NCBI RefSeq assembly: GCF_009914755.1
Contig: NC_060925.1
Source: the human T2T-CHM13v2.0 reference genome, Homo sapiens
Length of the DNA: 64,000 nucleotides
Strand: one strand, 5' to 3'
Under the pieces are notes generated by a model, which ran no database searches, was not told where the DNA came from, and worked only from the letters and a program-made list of their open reading frames with translations. This document shows, in pieces, positions 1 through 13,765 of this stretch. The stretch's first letter is position 1; each line of letters opens with the position of its first letter. The position numbers and the translations under genes were made by a program.

Positions 1-384
1 CCACACACTCCTTACAGGGCAAGTTCACCTAATCATGTGCTTAGAAGCTCCAAAGCAAAACTCTCACCCACCAGGAGGTTTCCTCGATAGATAACAGTTG
101 ATTGATGACCCAAAGTATGCCCATGAAGATGCCAACTCGAGTCCCAGTAAATAAGCCATCAAGGTAGCATGTGAAACCCCCCTGCTCACTTCCACCCCTG
201 TGTAGGCCCCTTTTAAAAACACTCCCCTTCTGCTCCAAAGGCAAGGTGGAACCCTTAAGGCAGGAAGCCTGTACTTCTTTCCCTATGTTAGCTTTGGAAT
301 AAAAAGTCACTTTCTTTATACCAGACCTAGCTTGTTAATTAGACTCTGCAAGTGGCGAGGAACTGAATCTGCATTTTGGTTACA
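1..384 (+). mobile_element. 3' part of an ERV-type LTR (starts before the window)
   Basis: AATAAA at about 299 followed by a U5-like segment ending ...TTGGTTACA (CA terminus); subfamily not determined. Confidence 0.6.
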
Positions 385-1639
385 ATGTCGTCCCCTTGAG
401 CCTGTGAGAGTTGCAGAGTCAGAAGCCAGGCTGCTTTTGTGGGCAAGTTATGGCTCTGTGTCTCCTCACTGCCATGCCACCATCTGGACACCCCAGGACC
501 ATCGCCCCTCTTTTGGTTTCTTCACAGGGTTTCCACATGGCTCTTTTCTGGCCAGGTTCCTCTCCAGGACAACTCCGGTTCTAGCTCAGGATAGAGATCA
601 ACCCAGCGCCAAGAGGATGGAGCCAACACCACCCTGACAGCACAGAGCCCTGGTACACTTGCTGCAAGATGCTCTTCCAGGAGCCTCTCAGAGATAGATG
701 GGCATGCAACTGGCATCCCCAAACAACTGGAGCAAGTCTTATCAAAGTTGCTTCCATCATTTATTCACTCAACAAACACTTGCTGGGTGTGTGTGCCTTA
801 TGCCAGCACTATGTGAAATAGATCTACTGACAAAACAGTCTCTGGCCTGAAATAATGCACACATACATATATATCATGTCAGCAGGTGCTGTGAAGAAAA
901 GAAACACAAAGCAAGAGTGAAAGACTCCAGGAGACACGTGTTAGGTGGGCAGGTTCATTTGGTTTTGTGGTCACTTAACCCAACAAACTCCAGCATCGAG
1001 GTCACCAGAGGCTTCAGACTGGCTTGTTAAAAACGGCAACTTTGCCGACACCCTCTTGGTGACACAAGAGTGAAGGCCCTGGGGTGGAGTCCTCACTCAC
1101 AGGAAAGCCAGTCCATGTCACTGACATCAGTCTCCAAACCCAAGCAGAAAGTTCCTCTATGGCTGGGTTCCCCAAGACCACCCTGACTATTCCAACCACA
1201 TCCACAACCAGCTCTACTATTATTGGCATAATAGCTGCCTATTTTAAATCGGGCCAGACCTGACATCACTGCCTGTGTCTGTGTAACCACAGGCCTAAGA
1301 CGCTGGCTCTGTTTTCTAATACATAGATGTGGGTACGGATATGTGTGCCTCTATGTGCCAAGTATGCACATAAATATACAAATAAATATTCCTGCAAATG
1401 CTCACCTGCATGTCCCCCAAATCAGGTCACACTCCATGAGGGACATAAGTGCCACAGTTGGGAACCACTGCTTTATGGCACCCAACAGATTCCTCATGCA
1501 GCATCGGCCTGCAGTCTCCTGTGGCTGTGAGCTCACTGTACCATGAGTCTGCCTGTGCCCTTCTTAGTTCCAGTTGCTCATGGGGACTTTCTATCACTCT
1601 GCCTCCTGGTCCCTCTTCCACGTTGACCCTCTGTTATTT

Positions 1640-1934
1640 GTTTTGTTTTGGGGAGACAGAGTCTTGCTCTGTCACCCAGGCTGAAGTGCAGTGGCACGAT
1701 CTTGGCTCACTGCAACCTCTGCCTCCTGGGTTCAAGTGATTCTCATGCCTCAGCCCCCTGAGTAGCTGGGATGACAGGCATGAGCCACCACACCCGGCTA
1801 ATTTTTGTATTTTTAGTAGAGACAGGGTTTCGCCATGTTGGCCAGACTGGGCTCGAACTCCTGACTTCAGGTGATCTGCCCGCCTCGGCCTCCCAAAGTG
1901 CTGGGATTACAGGCGTGAGCCACCGCGCCTGGCC
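1640..1934 (-). mobile_element. Alu (S family)
   Basis: Full dimeric Alu consensus in reverse orientation. Confidence 0.95.
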
Positions 1935-2439
1935 TGTTATTTTTTTTAAGCAGCATAAATGCCTCCCTCCCAAAACATCTCCTTCCCCCAACCCCATTAC
2001 AGACCCTCAAGCCTTTTCCATGCCCCTTGTCCTTCTTCCATGGTCTCCCCTTCCATCTCTTCCTTCTCTGGACAATCCTCTCATAAATACATCCCTGAAT
2101 AAGGACACCGTGCTCCCACATAGGCCCAAGCAGTGGAATCGTAATGAAGGGCCCAATTCCCAAGGGTCAGGCCCTGTGCCCTTTACATGAGATCTAATTG
2201 AGTCCTTGCTGTAATCCTGGCAGACAGGTACTCTTATCCCCACTTTACAGAGGCAGGAAAAAGTTAAGACACTGGCCCCGGGTCACATAACTAGTAGTAT
2301 CAAAAGTAGGGATTCGAACCCAGATGTTTTTAACTGCTATCCTCCCTTAACCTGGACTTTATGCTCCTAGTAATACGATCGAATATTGTATCAGCTTTTA
2401 AAATAATCTACATCCCACAGTTGCCTCATTTATCTTGTG

Positions 2440-2710
2440 GGCAGCTGAATGGGTGGTGTTCAAGTCAAGCTGCTCACGAGAGTCACTGGAGTACTCTTGT
2501 TAAAAGTTCCGATTTCTAGGTCCTTCTCCAAAGCCAATAATTTAGGGTTTTGAGATAGGGCCTAGGGAATCTACACGCTAAAGTTAAAATGCTTATTTCC
2601 AGGCCTCGGGATTTCTGATTCACTAGGTGTGGGGTGAGTCTGGAGCCTACGTAGTTTTTAAACTTCCTTTGGTGATTCTGTGGCATGACCAGGGGCCTGG
2701 GACCAACCGC
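2440..2710. mobile_element. MER5-like hAT DNA transposon fragments
   Basis: GATTCTGATTCACTAGGT...GGTGATTCTG type motifs. Confidence 0.55.
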
Positions 2711-2759
2711 CCTGGTATATATGGCTCCACTATAGGCAGCGCCTGGGCCATTATAGCTC

Positions 2760-2789
2760 GCAGTCCCAGAACTTGCCACTAGATGGCAG
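2760..2789 (+). promoter_or_regulatory. CTCF-type binding site (core plus upstream motif)
   Basis: TGCCACTAGATGGCAG matches core CCASYAGRKGGC; GCAGTCCC lies about 6 bp upstream. Confidence 0.65.
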
Positions 2790-3534
2790 GACAATACGCC
2801 CCTCACCAGCCTAGCCCAGCTCAGCTCAAGAAGGACCAAAGCAGCCTAGGCCACTCAGAGATCCAGGCCCAGTAGACAAAGTTTCAGGTGGGCAGGGCCC
2901 CCCACCATCCCTGCCAGCTGTCTGCAATCCCAAAAGGTGGCTTTTGGGGGGGAAATGGCTTTTGTTTTCTTTCCTCCACAGGATGCCAGAAACATCAGTG
3001 GGGTCGGCAAAATTTGAAAGCTGGCCTCAGGACAAATAAAACCTGTTAAGCCACCCAGATTCCCTTCCAGCCAGGAGGCCCAGATCCTGAGCCCAGCACG
3101 CTGTGAGGACGATAGACCACCCAGCAGGAGATGAGTTGAGGAATGGCCTGATGCCAGGCAGGAGGTCTTCCTCTGTGCGTGCAGCTCCAACGTGAAACGG
3201 CAGCTTTTTCCCTTCCTCTGAGGGGTGGCAGGCAGGTGGCCTCCTGGAGTAAAACCACAGGACCACAGGACCACGTGGGCAGCCCCAGGGAGTCAGACAC
3301 ACACGTGGGAACCTCGAAGCAAGACCCTGAACATCACTTTGTCCAGCCGCCTGCCTCCTCTTCATGTTCCTACACGATTAATGAGCCTCCCTCCTGGCCC
3401 CTGGGCATATGGGGAGCGCCTCCTCCTCTGGGTGCCAGGACCCCCCTGCCAGGGACAATCAGGCAGCCAGGTGTGGCCTGTGAGAAAGGGGAGGCCCTTG
3501 GGTCACATGAAAACTGATTCAAGGAAGGACTCCA

Positions 3535-4056
3535 TGGTCACCAGAATGATGGGTCCCCAGAGGCCCACACTCTGGTTCCTAGAACCCGTGACTGTGATAC
3601 TTTACATGGCAGAGGGAGCTAAGGTTGCAGGTGAGATGAGTGCTGCTCATCAGTTGACCTAAAAATAGGAAGAATATCTAGATTAGATTATCCAGGGGGC
3701 CCTATGTAGCCACAGGGATCCTTAACGCTGGGTGAAGGAGGAGAAAGAAGTGGGTCAGAGGTAAGTGTGGCTACTGAAAAGGTCAGAACGGTGCAACATG
3801 AGAAAGACTCAACTTCCATTCCTGGCTGTGGAGATGGAGGAAGGCGCCACAGACCAAGGAGTGCCGGCAGCCTCTCACTGCTGGAAAGGACAAGGGAACG
3901 GATTCTCCCTAGAGCCTCCTGAAAGGGACACAGCCCTGCTGACACCTTGATTTTAGCCCAGTGAGTCCCATGTCATATTTCTGGCCACTGAACCGTGCAA
4001 GAATAAGCCACCAAGTTTGTGGCAATCTCCTACAGCAGCCACGGGAAACTCACACA
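3535..4056 (+). mobile_element. MLT1 (MLT1D-like) MaLR solo LTR
   Basis: GATTCTCCCTAGAGCCTCC...GACACCTTGATTTTAGCCCAGTGAG; ends ...GGAAACTCACACA. Confidence 0.8.
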
Positions 4057-4148
4057 CTGGGCAAGGTGGCTCATCAAGGTAGGTAACATTTGATCCTCAG
4101 GGACGAGGCTGGGTGAGATAGAGCAACGTGTGGGACTCACACTGCTGG

Positions 4149-4522
4149 TGTTAAAAGATAAATGGTGGCACATTAAAAAGTTAAAGAGTTTATTTGAGCA
4201 AACAGCAATTCATGAACTGGGCAGCACCAAATCGAAGGTGGTTCAGGGCTCCTCCAGAGGAGTTTGAAGGAAGGGCTTTGATAGAGTAAAGAGGAAAATC
4301 AGATAAATTAAATAAGGAATGTGGAAAATAAAGAAATTATTTGATTGGTTAAGGTTTGGGCAGTTGCCTTATTTAGATGATCCTGGTGGAAAGTTCCTGA
4401 TCATGTAATTAATGCTTAGCTGGTCTTTTATGATTGGCTAAGGTTAAGCTTCACCTTGTTTATATAGAATCCCAGGGCATGGGAGCCACCTCAGCCTAAT
4501 GGCCTCCCATTTTATTTTAACA
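4149..4522 (-). mobile_element. ERV1 (MER4-group, MER93-like) solo LTR
   Basis: TGTTAAAA...TTTTAACA inverted termini; 4-bp flanks CTGG/CTAG. Confidence 0.65.
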
Positions 4523-4547
4523 CTAGGTAAGAGAAACAGCTCACATT

Positions 4548-4650
4548 GGGCCAGACATGGCAGTTCATCCTTGTAATCCCAGCACTTTGGGAGGCCAAGG
4601 CAGGAGGATCACTTGAGGCTAGGAATTCAAGATCCAATAATAAAATTTTT
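4548..4650 (+). mobile_element. Alu left monomer/FLAM fragment
   Basis: GGCCAGACATGG...TGTAATCCCAGCACTTTGGGAGGCC. Confidence 0.85.
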
Positions 4651-4699
4651 TAAAAGTTGGCATCAAACTTGGTTCTAATGCCCATGATCTCAAGGTGTT

Positions 4700-4897
4700 G
4701 TGCCCCCAACAGACCAGGCAGCTTCTAAATGGCTCCCAATGACCCCACCTTTTGTGAAGTCCCCTCTCCTTGGTCATGTCTTGCTTCTAAGAATAGAATC
4801 CAGTAAAAATGATGGGCTGTCACTCCTGAGATTAGGTTATGAAAGACTGTGACCTCCATCTTGCTTGTGTATGTGTGGGCGTGCTCGCTCTCTGTCT

Positions 4898-4936
<39 letters not shown>

Positions 4937-5276
4937 TCCTTATTTGCTTGCATTGATAAGGCCAGCTGCCAAGTTGTAAGCCATCCCATAAAGAGACCCA
5001 TTTGACCAGGAACTAAAGTGGTCTCTGGCCAACAGCCTGCAAGGAGCTGAGTTCTACCAACAACCACGTGGGTAAGCCTGGAAGCAGGTCCCTCCCCAGT
5101 TGACCCTCGGGATAATGCAGCCTGTTAGGCATCTTGACTGCAGCCTGTGCCAGACCTTGAACCAGGAGCACCAGCTTTCATCCTGACTCACAGAACCTAT
5201 GAAATAATACATACTGTTTTTCACAGAACCACTACGTTTTGGCATAATTTGTAACATGGGAATAGATAACTAATAT
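4700..5276 (+). mobile_element. MLT1 (MLT1F-like) solo LTR containing (TG)n at 4901-4934
   Basis: ATGGCTCCCAATGACCCCACC near the start; ends ATAGATAACTAATA. Confidence 0.75.
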
Positions 5277-5439
5277 GCCAAGGGAACAACAATTTGCAGA
5301 AACATTGCCCTTCCTCCCCCAGAGTGTGCAGTTGGCTCTTAAGAGTGTGTTGTGTTGAAAACCAGAGTAGGGGCCACTCCCAGGCAACTGATTCCAGACA
5401 ACTAGTAAGTTAATGAGATGAATAATAGTGACAACATTG

Positions 5440-5760
5440 ATAATAGTAATAGTTAACCTTGTGTAGTGCTTACTAGGTGACAGGCATTATTCTAAGTTCA
5501 TTAAATATAATGAAATGTATTCGGTCCTCACAGCAACCCTACAAGGCAGGTGTTGCTATTTTCACTCTTTTACAGATGAAGAAACTGAGGCACAGAAGGG
5601 TTAAGCTGTATATAATAAAACAAATCGTTTTGGTTTGGTTTTTCTAGAAACAAGGTCTTACTATGTTGCCCAGGCTAGATTTGAACTCCTGGGCTCAAGC
5701 AATCCTGCCGCCTCAGCCTCCCGAGTAGCTAGGACTATAGGCGTGTGCCACTGTGCCCCG
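5440..5760 (-). mobile_element. MIR followed by FLAM/Alu monomer
   Basis: TTTTACAGATGAAGAAACTGAGGC MIR core; FLAM at 5630-5760. Confidence 0.8.
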
Positions 5761-6221
5761 CAAATGTGAGAGTTTTGTTGGGTAGAATGCAAAGGTGGCA
5801 TGAATTTGTTCAAGATAAAATGCAATATCTCAAAGCAAGTCTGTGCCTGCCAGGGTGCAGCCCCAGCTAAGCACATCCCTGCTCTCAACTGCATCTCCCA
5901 AGAGCACCTGTCCCCTCTCTTGTCCTTGCTTTGGTCTGGGCAGTGACCAGACTGAGAAACAGCAGCTGGTTGGCTGCTGGGGCCTCCAGCCTGACTGAGC
6001 AGGTGTCTGCACGAAGCCGTTGCCCAGGATGGTGACCCCCGGCCCTCACAGCACAGCACCCAGACACAGACACTCCGGGCCAACATTTGGGTTAAGAGGG
6101 AGATGTGAACATTTTTCCAACAACACAAGTTCTATTAACTCTGGAATCAGTTTTTACATTTTCCCATCTAAAATCTTAGATGAGTTACATAAGTGAAAAC
6201 TTACTCATGTTGTGATAGTAC

Positions 6222-6514
6222 TTTTTTTTTTTTTTCAAGACAGAGTCTTGCTCTGTCACCCAGGCTGGAGAGCAGTGATGAGATTTCGCTCACTGCAACC
6301 TCTGCCTCCCGGGTTCAAGCGATTCTCCTGCCTCAGCCTCCTGAGTAACTGGGATTACAGGCACATGCCACCACGTCCAGCTAATTTTTGTATTTTTAGT
6401 AGCGACAGGGTTTCACCATGTTGGCCAGGCTGGTTTCAAACTCCTGACCTCAGATGATCCACTGCTTTGGCCTCCCAAAGTGCTGAGATTACAGGTGTAA
6501 GCCACTGCACCCAG
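6222..6514 (-). mobile_element. Alu
   Basis: Dimeric Alu, reverse. Confidence 0.95.
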
Positions 6515-6614
6515 GTTACTTTCTACAATTATATGAGTTGAATAGATATTTGTGGGCTAAGTTGGAAAACCACCTTGGTTTTGATAACACTGTCACTATA
6601 AGAAGAAAAAAAAA

Positions 6615-6616
<2 letters not shown>

Positions 6617-6660
<44 letters not shown>
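6617..6660. repeat. (AC)n microsatellite, about 22 units, abutting an Alu monomer (6661-6780)
   Basis: Read directly. Confidence 0.97.
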
Positions 6661-6663
<3 letters not shown>

Positions 6664-7450
6664 TTGTAGAGATGGGGTCTTTCTATGCCCAGGCTGGTCT
6701 CAAACTCCTGGCCTCAAGCTATCCTCCCCTCTCGGCCTCCCAAAGTGTGAGGTTACAGGCGTGACCAGCCACACCAGGCCAAGGAAATATATTTTAATTC
6801 CCAGGCACCCACCTATCAAGAAACTTTTGAAATGTAACCAGCTCCGGTGTGGACTGGCCAGAACCCACAAAACAACAATCAGGGCATTCGTGTTCATTGT
6901 CAATTGAAATGCCATTGGGTAAATAAGGCCAGAATAACTTTTTCTCCCCCAGGCAGCCCTGCTATTAAAGAATCTCCATTTGTCTGTAGAACTGCATACC
7001 TGGGAGGAGAGAAATAATTTTTAACACAAGGGGCAAGGACTAGTTTTTTCCTCCAGGAATGAAAGATACTACTAATTTCATAGGAAAATGAGAACATCAA
7101 GAAATAAAACTGGGGTCCTTCTAAAGCGAACAGGGCAATTTTAAAGATTCTTAGACTCATACAAGAGACCTTGCATCAAGCTCCCCCTGCAGAATGGTCA
7201 CGAGGTGCCTGAGATGTTTATTCTTTCAGCCCTCAGGTGACTAGCAGGTGATCTCATGTGACCAGCAGGTCACTTCTGGTCAGGACCAGCCTTATCTGTT
7301 GACCTCAGGGTGCCAAGCAATTATGGGAAGTAAGGCCCTTGTGCAGAGACCCTCAAGCTATAAATGAGCAGGAGAATCACCTGGGTGGTTGCTGAAACTG
7401 CAGATAGCACACCCCAGCCCCAATGAGCTAGCTGTTTTTTAGTACCAGAG

Positions 7451-7821
7451 TGATATGGTTTGGCTGTGTCCCCACCCAAATCTCAACTAGAATTGTAGTT
7501 TCCATAATCCCCACGTGCCATGGGAGGGACCCAGTGGGAGGTAATTGAATCATGGGAGTGGTTTCCCCCATACCATTCTTATGATAGTAAGTTTTCATGA
7601 GATCTGATGGTTTTATAAGGGTCTTTTCCCTTCACTCAGCTCTCATTCTCCTTCCTGCCACCCTGTGAAGAAGGACGTGTTTGTTTCCCCTTCTACCATG
7701 ATTGTAAGTTTCCTAAGGTCTCCCCAGCCATGCTGTACTGTGAGTCAGTTAAACCTCTTTCCTTTATAAATTACCCAGTATTGGGTATGTCCTTATAGCC
7801 ACGTGAGAACGGACTAATATA
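7451..7821 (+). mobile_element. THE1 (THE1D-like) solo LTR
   Basis: Starts TGATATGGTTTGGCTGTGTCCCCACCCAAATCTC, ends GGACTAATATA; 5-bp TSD CAGAG. Confidence 0.92.
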
Positions 7822-8702
7822 CAGAGCCAAGGCATGTTTGAAGTACCTGGAGAGTTTAAAAACCCTAATGTTAGAGTTCCTTTCCACCCCAGAAGGTTCC
7901 TATTCAATTGGTTTGAGGTGGGTCCCACAGTTATTCTTTAAAAGAAGCTGCTAACATGTGGACAAGATTGGATATCACTGCTTTCTCAGCCCAACTGCAC
8001 ACCCAAGGTAAGAGTTTCCTAAGACACCTTGACAGGTGCATCTGGCCCAGGTCTCAGATGTTTTCCCGCCTTCCTGCTGCTGAGACCAGAGCAAGCACTG
8101 TGTTAATGCTGGCTGCCACTACTATTATTGTTGTTATCATTTTTATTGTCACCATTAGTATTGGATCATAGCTGCAAGTTCAGCCCACCTGTTCCCTCCC
8201 CGTATTCCACGTGGAACCCTGTGGTTTCAGTGAAGCATGGGAGCTTCGTGTTCCATTCTCCTGCCTGTCCCTGGAGATTGGGTCAGCAATGAGCATGTGA
8301 CCTCATCAGAGCCAATACGATTCCATTCCAGGACTTATATTGAACTATTGGCCAAGAGAAATACTCTCTTTTCCCCTTGGAGGATGACAGCCTGGAGGAG
8401 CCAGAGGCACCACAATGAAAAAGAGAGGCTGCCTAAGAATAAGACAGTACAGAAGAGGTGAAGCCAAGAGCTGGAGAGAGATCTCGTCTAAGATGACACT
8501 GTTTGATATCCTATTCTGGGCAGAGGGAACAGCAAATGCAAAGGCCCTGGGGTCAGAGGCACTGGGGTCCGGGCTGAAGAACATTGAGGAGGACCTTTTG
8601 GCTGGAGTGAGGTGAGTGGGAGGGGGGTAGGAGCTGAGGTCAGAGAAGTGAGGCAGGCAGAGGGCATCAGTAGGGCATTATAGATTACCATAAGGACATT
8701 GA

Positions 8703-9003
<301 letters not shown>

Positions 9004-9049
9004 TCAAAATGGTCTCTTGAATGTTGAATAGAGTAAATGTGACATCTGG

Positions 9050-9285
9050 CATCTACACATGGACATAAAGATGGAAACAACAGACACTGGAGGCTATGAG
9101 GGAGGAGAGAGAGACGGGAGCAGGGGTTGAAACCGATCTGTTAGGTACCACGCTCACTACCTGGGTGACGGGTTCCATCAAACCCCAAACCTCAGCGTCA
9201 CGCAATATACCTTTGTAACAAACCTGCACATGTACCTGCTGAATCTAAAAGTTGAAAAAAGAATAAATTTAAAAAATAAAAGCTT
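9050..9285 (+). mobile_element. L1 (L1PA/PB-type) 3' UTR fragment
   Basis: GTAACAAACCTGCACATGTACC...AATAAA and A-rich tail. Confidence 0.85.
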
Positions 9286-9415
9286 GCATCCAAAAACCAT
9301 GGAAGAATGGTTACTAGAAAACCCTAAACATTGATGACAATGGCTCCAAGGTAGCCCAATTATCTCTGGGGAAGATCAATGCATCTAATTGTTCCTCCCA
9401 ATTTACAGACAAAGC

Positions 9416-10374
9416 TGAAGGGGTGGGTTGCCCCTCCACACCTGTGGGTGTTTCTCGTTAGGTGGAACGAGAGACTTGGAAAAGAAAGAGACACAGAGAC
9501 AAAGTATAGAGAAAGAGAAAAGGGGGCCCAGGGGACCGGCGTTCAGCAGACAGAGGATCCCCGCCGGCCTCTGAGTTCCCTTAGTATTTATTCATCATTC
9601 TTGGGTGTTTCTCAGAGAGGGGGATGTGGCAGGGTCATAGGATAATAGCGGAGAGAAGGTCAGCAGGTAAACACGTGAACAAAGTTCTCTGCATCATAGA
9701 CAAGGTAAAGAATTAAGTGCTGTGCTTTAGATATGCATACACATAAACATCTCAATGCCTTGAAGAGCAGTATTGCTGCCCGCCTGTCCCACCTCCAGCC
9801 CTAAGGCGGTTTTTCCCTATCTCAGTAGATGGAACATACAATCGGGTTTTATACTGAGACATTCCATCGCCCAGGGACAGATGCCTTCCTCTTGTCTCAA
9901 CTGCAAAGAAGCGTTCCTTCCTCTTTTACTAATCCGCCTCAGCACAGACCCTTTATGGGTGTCGGGCTGGGGGACGGTCAGGTCTTTCCCTTCCCACAAG
10001 GCCATATTTCAGACTATCACATGGGGAGAAACCTTGGACAATACCTGGCTTTCCTAGGCAGAGGTCCCTGCGGCCTTCCGCAGTGTTTTGTGTCCCTGGG
10101 TACCTGAGATTAGGGAGTGGTGATGACTCTTAACAAGCATGCTGCCTTCAAGCATCTGTTTAACAAAGCACACCTTGCACAGCCCTTAATCCATTTAACC
10201 CTGAGTGGACACAGCACATGTTTCAGGGAGCACAGGGTTGGGGGTAAGGTTACAGATTAACAGCATCTGAAGGCAGAAGAATTTCTCTTAGTACAGAACA
10301 AAATGGAGTCTCCTATGTCTACTTCTTTCTACACAGACCCAGTAACAATCTGATCTCTCTTTCTTTTCCCCACA
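9416..10374 (-). mobile_element. HERV-K(HML-2) LTR5 solo LTR (LTR5A/5B-like rather than LTR5_Hs)
   Basis: Reverse complement begins TGTGGGGAAAAGAAAGAGAGATCAGATTGTTACT and ends GGCAACCCACCCCTTCA; 959 bp; perfect 6-bp TSD CAAAGC (9410-9415 and 10375-10380). Confidence 0.95.
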
Positions 10375-10497
10375 CAAAGCCACTGGAAGCTAAGGCACTT
10401 GGTGTTCCTGACCCTGTCATTTACCAGCTGTGTGGCTTTGGAAGCATCACTTCCCTTCCCTGGACACCAGTTCCTACCTGTAAAATGGGAAGATTAG

Positions 10498-11082
<585 letters not shown>

Positions 11083-11169
11083 TAGGTCCCTTTTGCCTTA
11101 TCTTGGAGCATTTTCAAGTAGAATGACTACAAGGCTTGGAAACACTCCTGTGTGCATGCCTGGCAGAAA

Positions 11170-11975
<806 letters not shown>

Positions 11976-12601
11976 CAAAAAATAAGAAAAAGGCCTAGAA
12001 CCAGAGGGTGGTTCCAGTGCACAGAGGTTCTCAGCCACCCGTCATCAGGGAATTTCCACGAGACTGGGTGGCGGCTCCCACCTCCCCTGGCAGCCCACAA
12101 GGTCATTAACTCAGCACGTCTGGCCGTGGCTTCCTCCTCCTGAGCGACTGGGGCCCCAGCAGCCAGGAGGACACAGGGCAGAGCTGCTTGGGCTCCCCAC
12201 TCATCTTCTACCTCTCCCCATCTTCCCACCCCCTTCCTGAGAGCCAAGGCCTCTAAGTAGCCTCCTCCTTCATCCTTTGCCCATCTCCTCCCACAGTTCA
12301 TAATCCAAGGAGGGATGGAGAGGAAATCTCAGCCTGGTGCTCTCCTCTTGGCCTTTACGCCTCTCTGGGTGAATCCCACAGAGCCTCCATGGTTGGTTCT
12401 CCAGCATCTGCAGAGACAGCGGAGAGTCTAGTTCAACTACCAGGACTGTGTCCTTGCCATTCAAACCACAGGTCTGCTGAGACCAACAACCCAATCCCTC
12501 ACTCAAGAGCAGCAACCTCACCACTCCAACCTCTCCCTGACTCAGAACAGTCTCGCTTACGTTAGGAGCTTTTCTCCAATAACAACAATAAAAGCTTCCA
12601 T

Positions 12602-13003
<402 letters not shown>

Positions 13004-13396
13004 GAAAGCTTCTTTTTAGAGAGCAACTTTTCATGAGCCAAGCATTGCTTTCTACATTTCACAGACATCTACTTGGTCAGGACTATTACTAACCCATTTT
13101 ACAGATGAGGAAGTTGAGGCTCCAAAAGGTTAACTAACTCACCCAAGGGCCCATGGTCAGCAACCAGCAGAGCTGGGATGTGAACCCAGGCAGCTGAGCC
13201 ACAGGACCGTGCACTTCAGCACCAAGCTGGGCTACCTCATATATGCAGGACTCAAAATCTAAGTACCAGCACTATCGGTGGTGACCAGTATTAGCTAAAA
13301 GGTGATATAAGGTGAAATAAACAGTGACGCTTCTAACAGGACAATATCATAATCCCAATTAGTGCAAATTTTTAAACTTTGAATTACATTGAATTA

Positions 13397-13765
<369 letters not shown>

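Noticed and set aside
9416-10374. Possible proviral coding remnant or SVA
   Set aside because: The TSD directly flanks a single LTR; there is no primer-binding site or gag, and no SVA hexamer, VNTR or Alu-like domain
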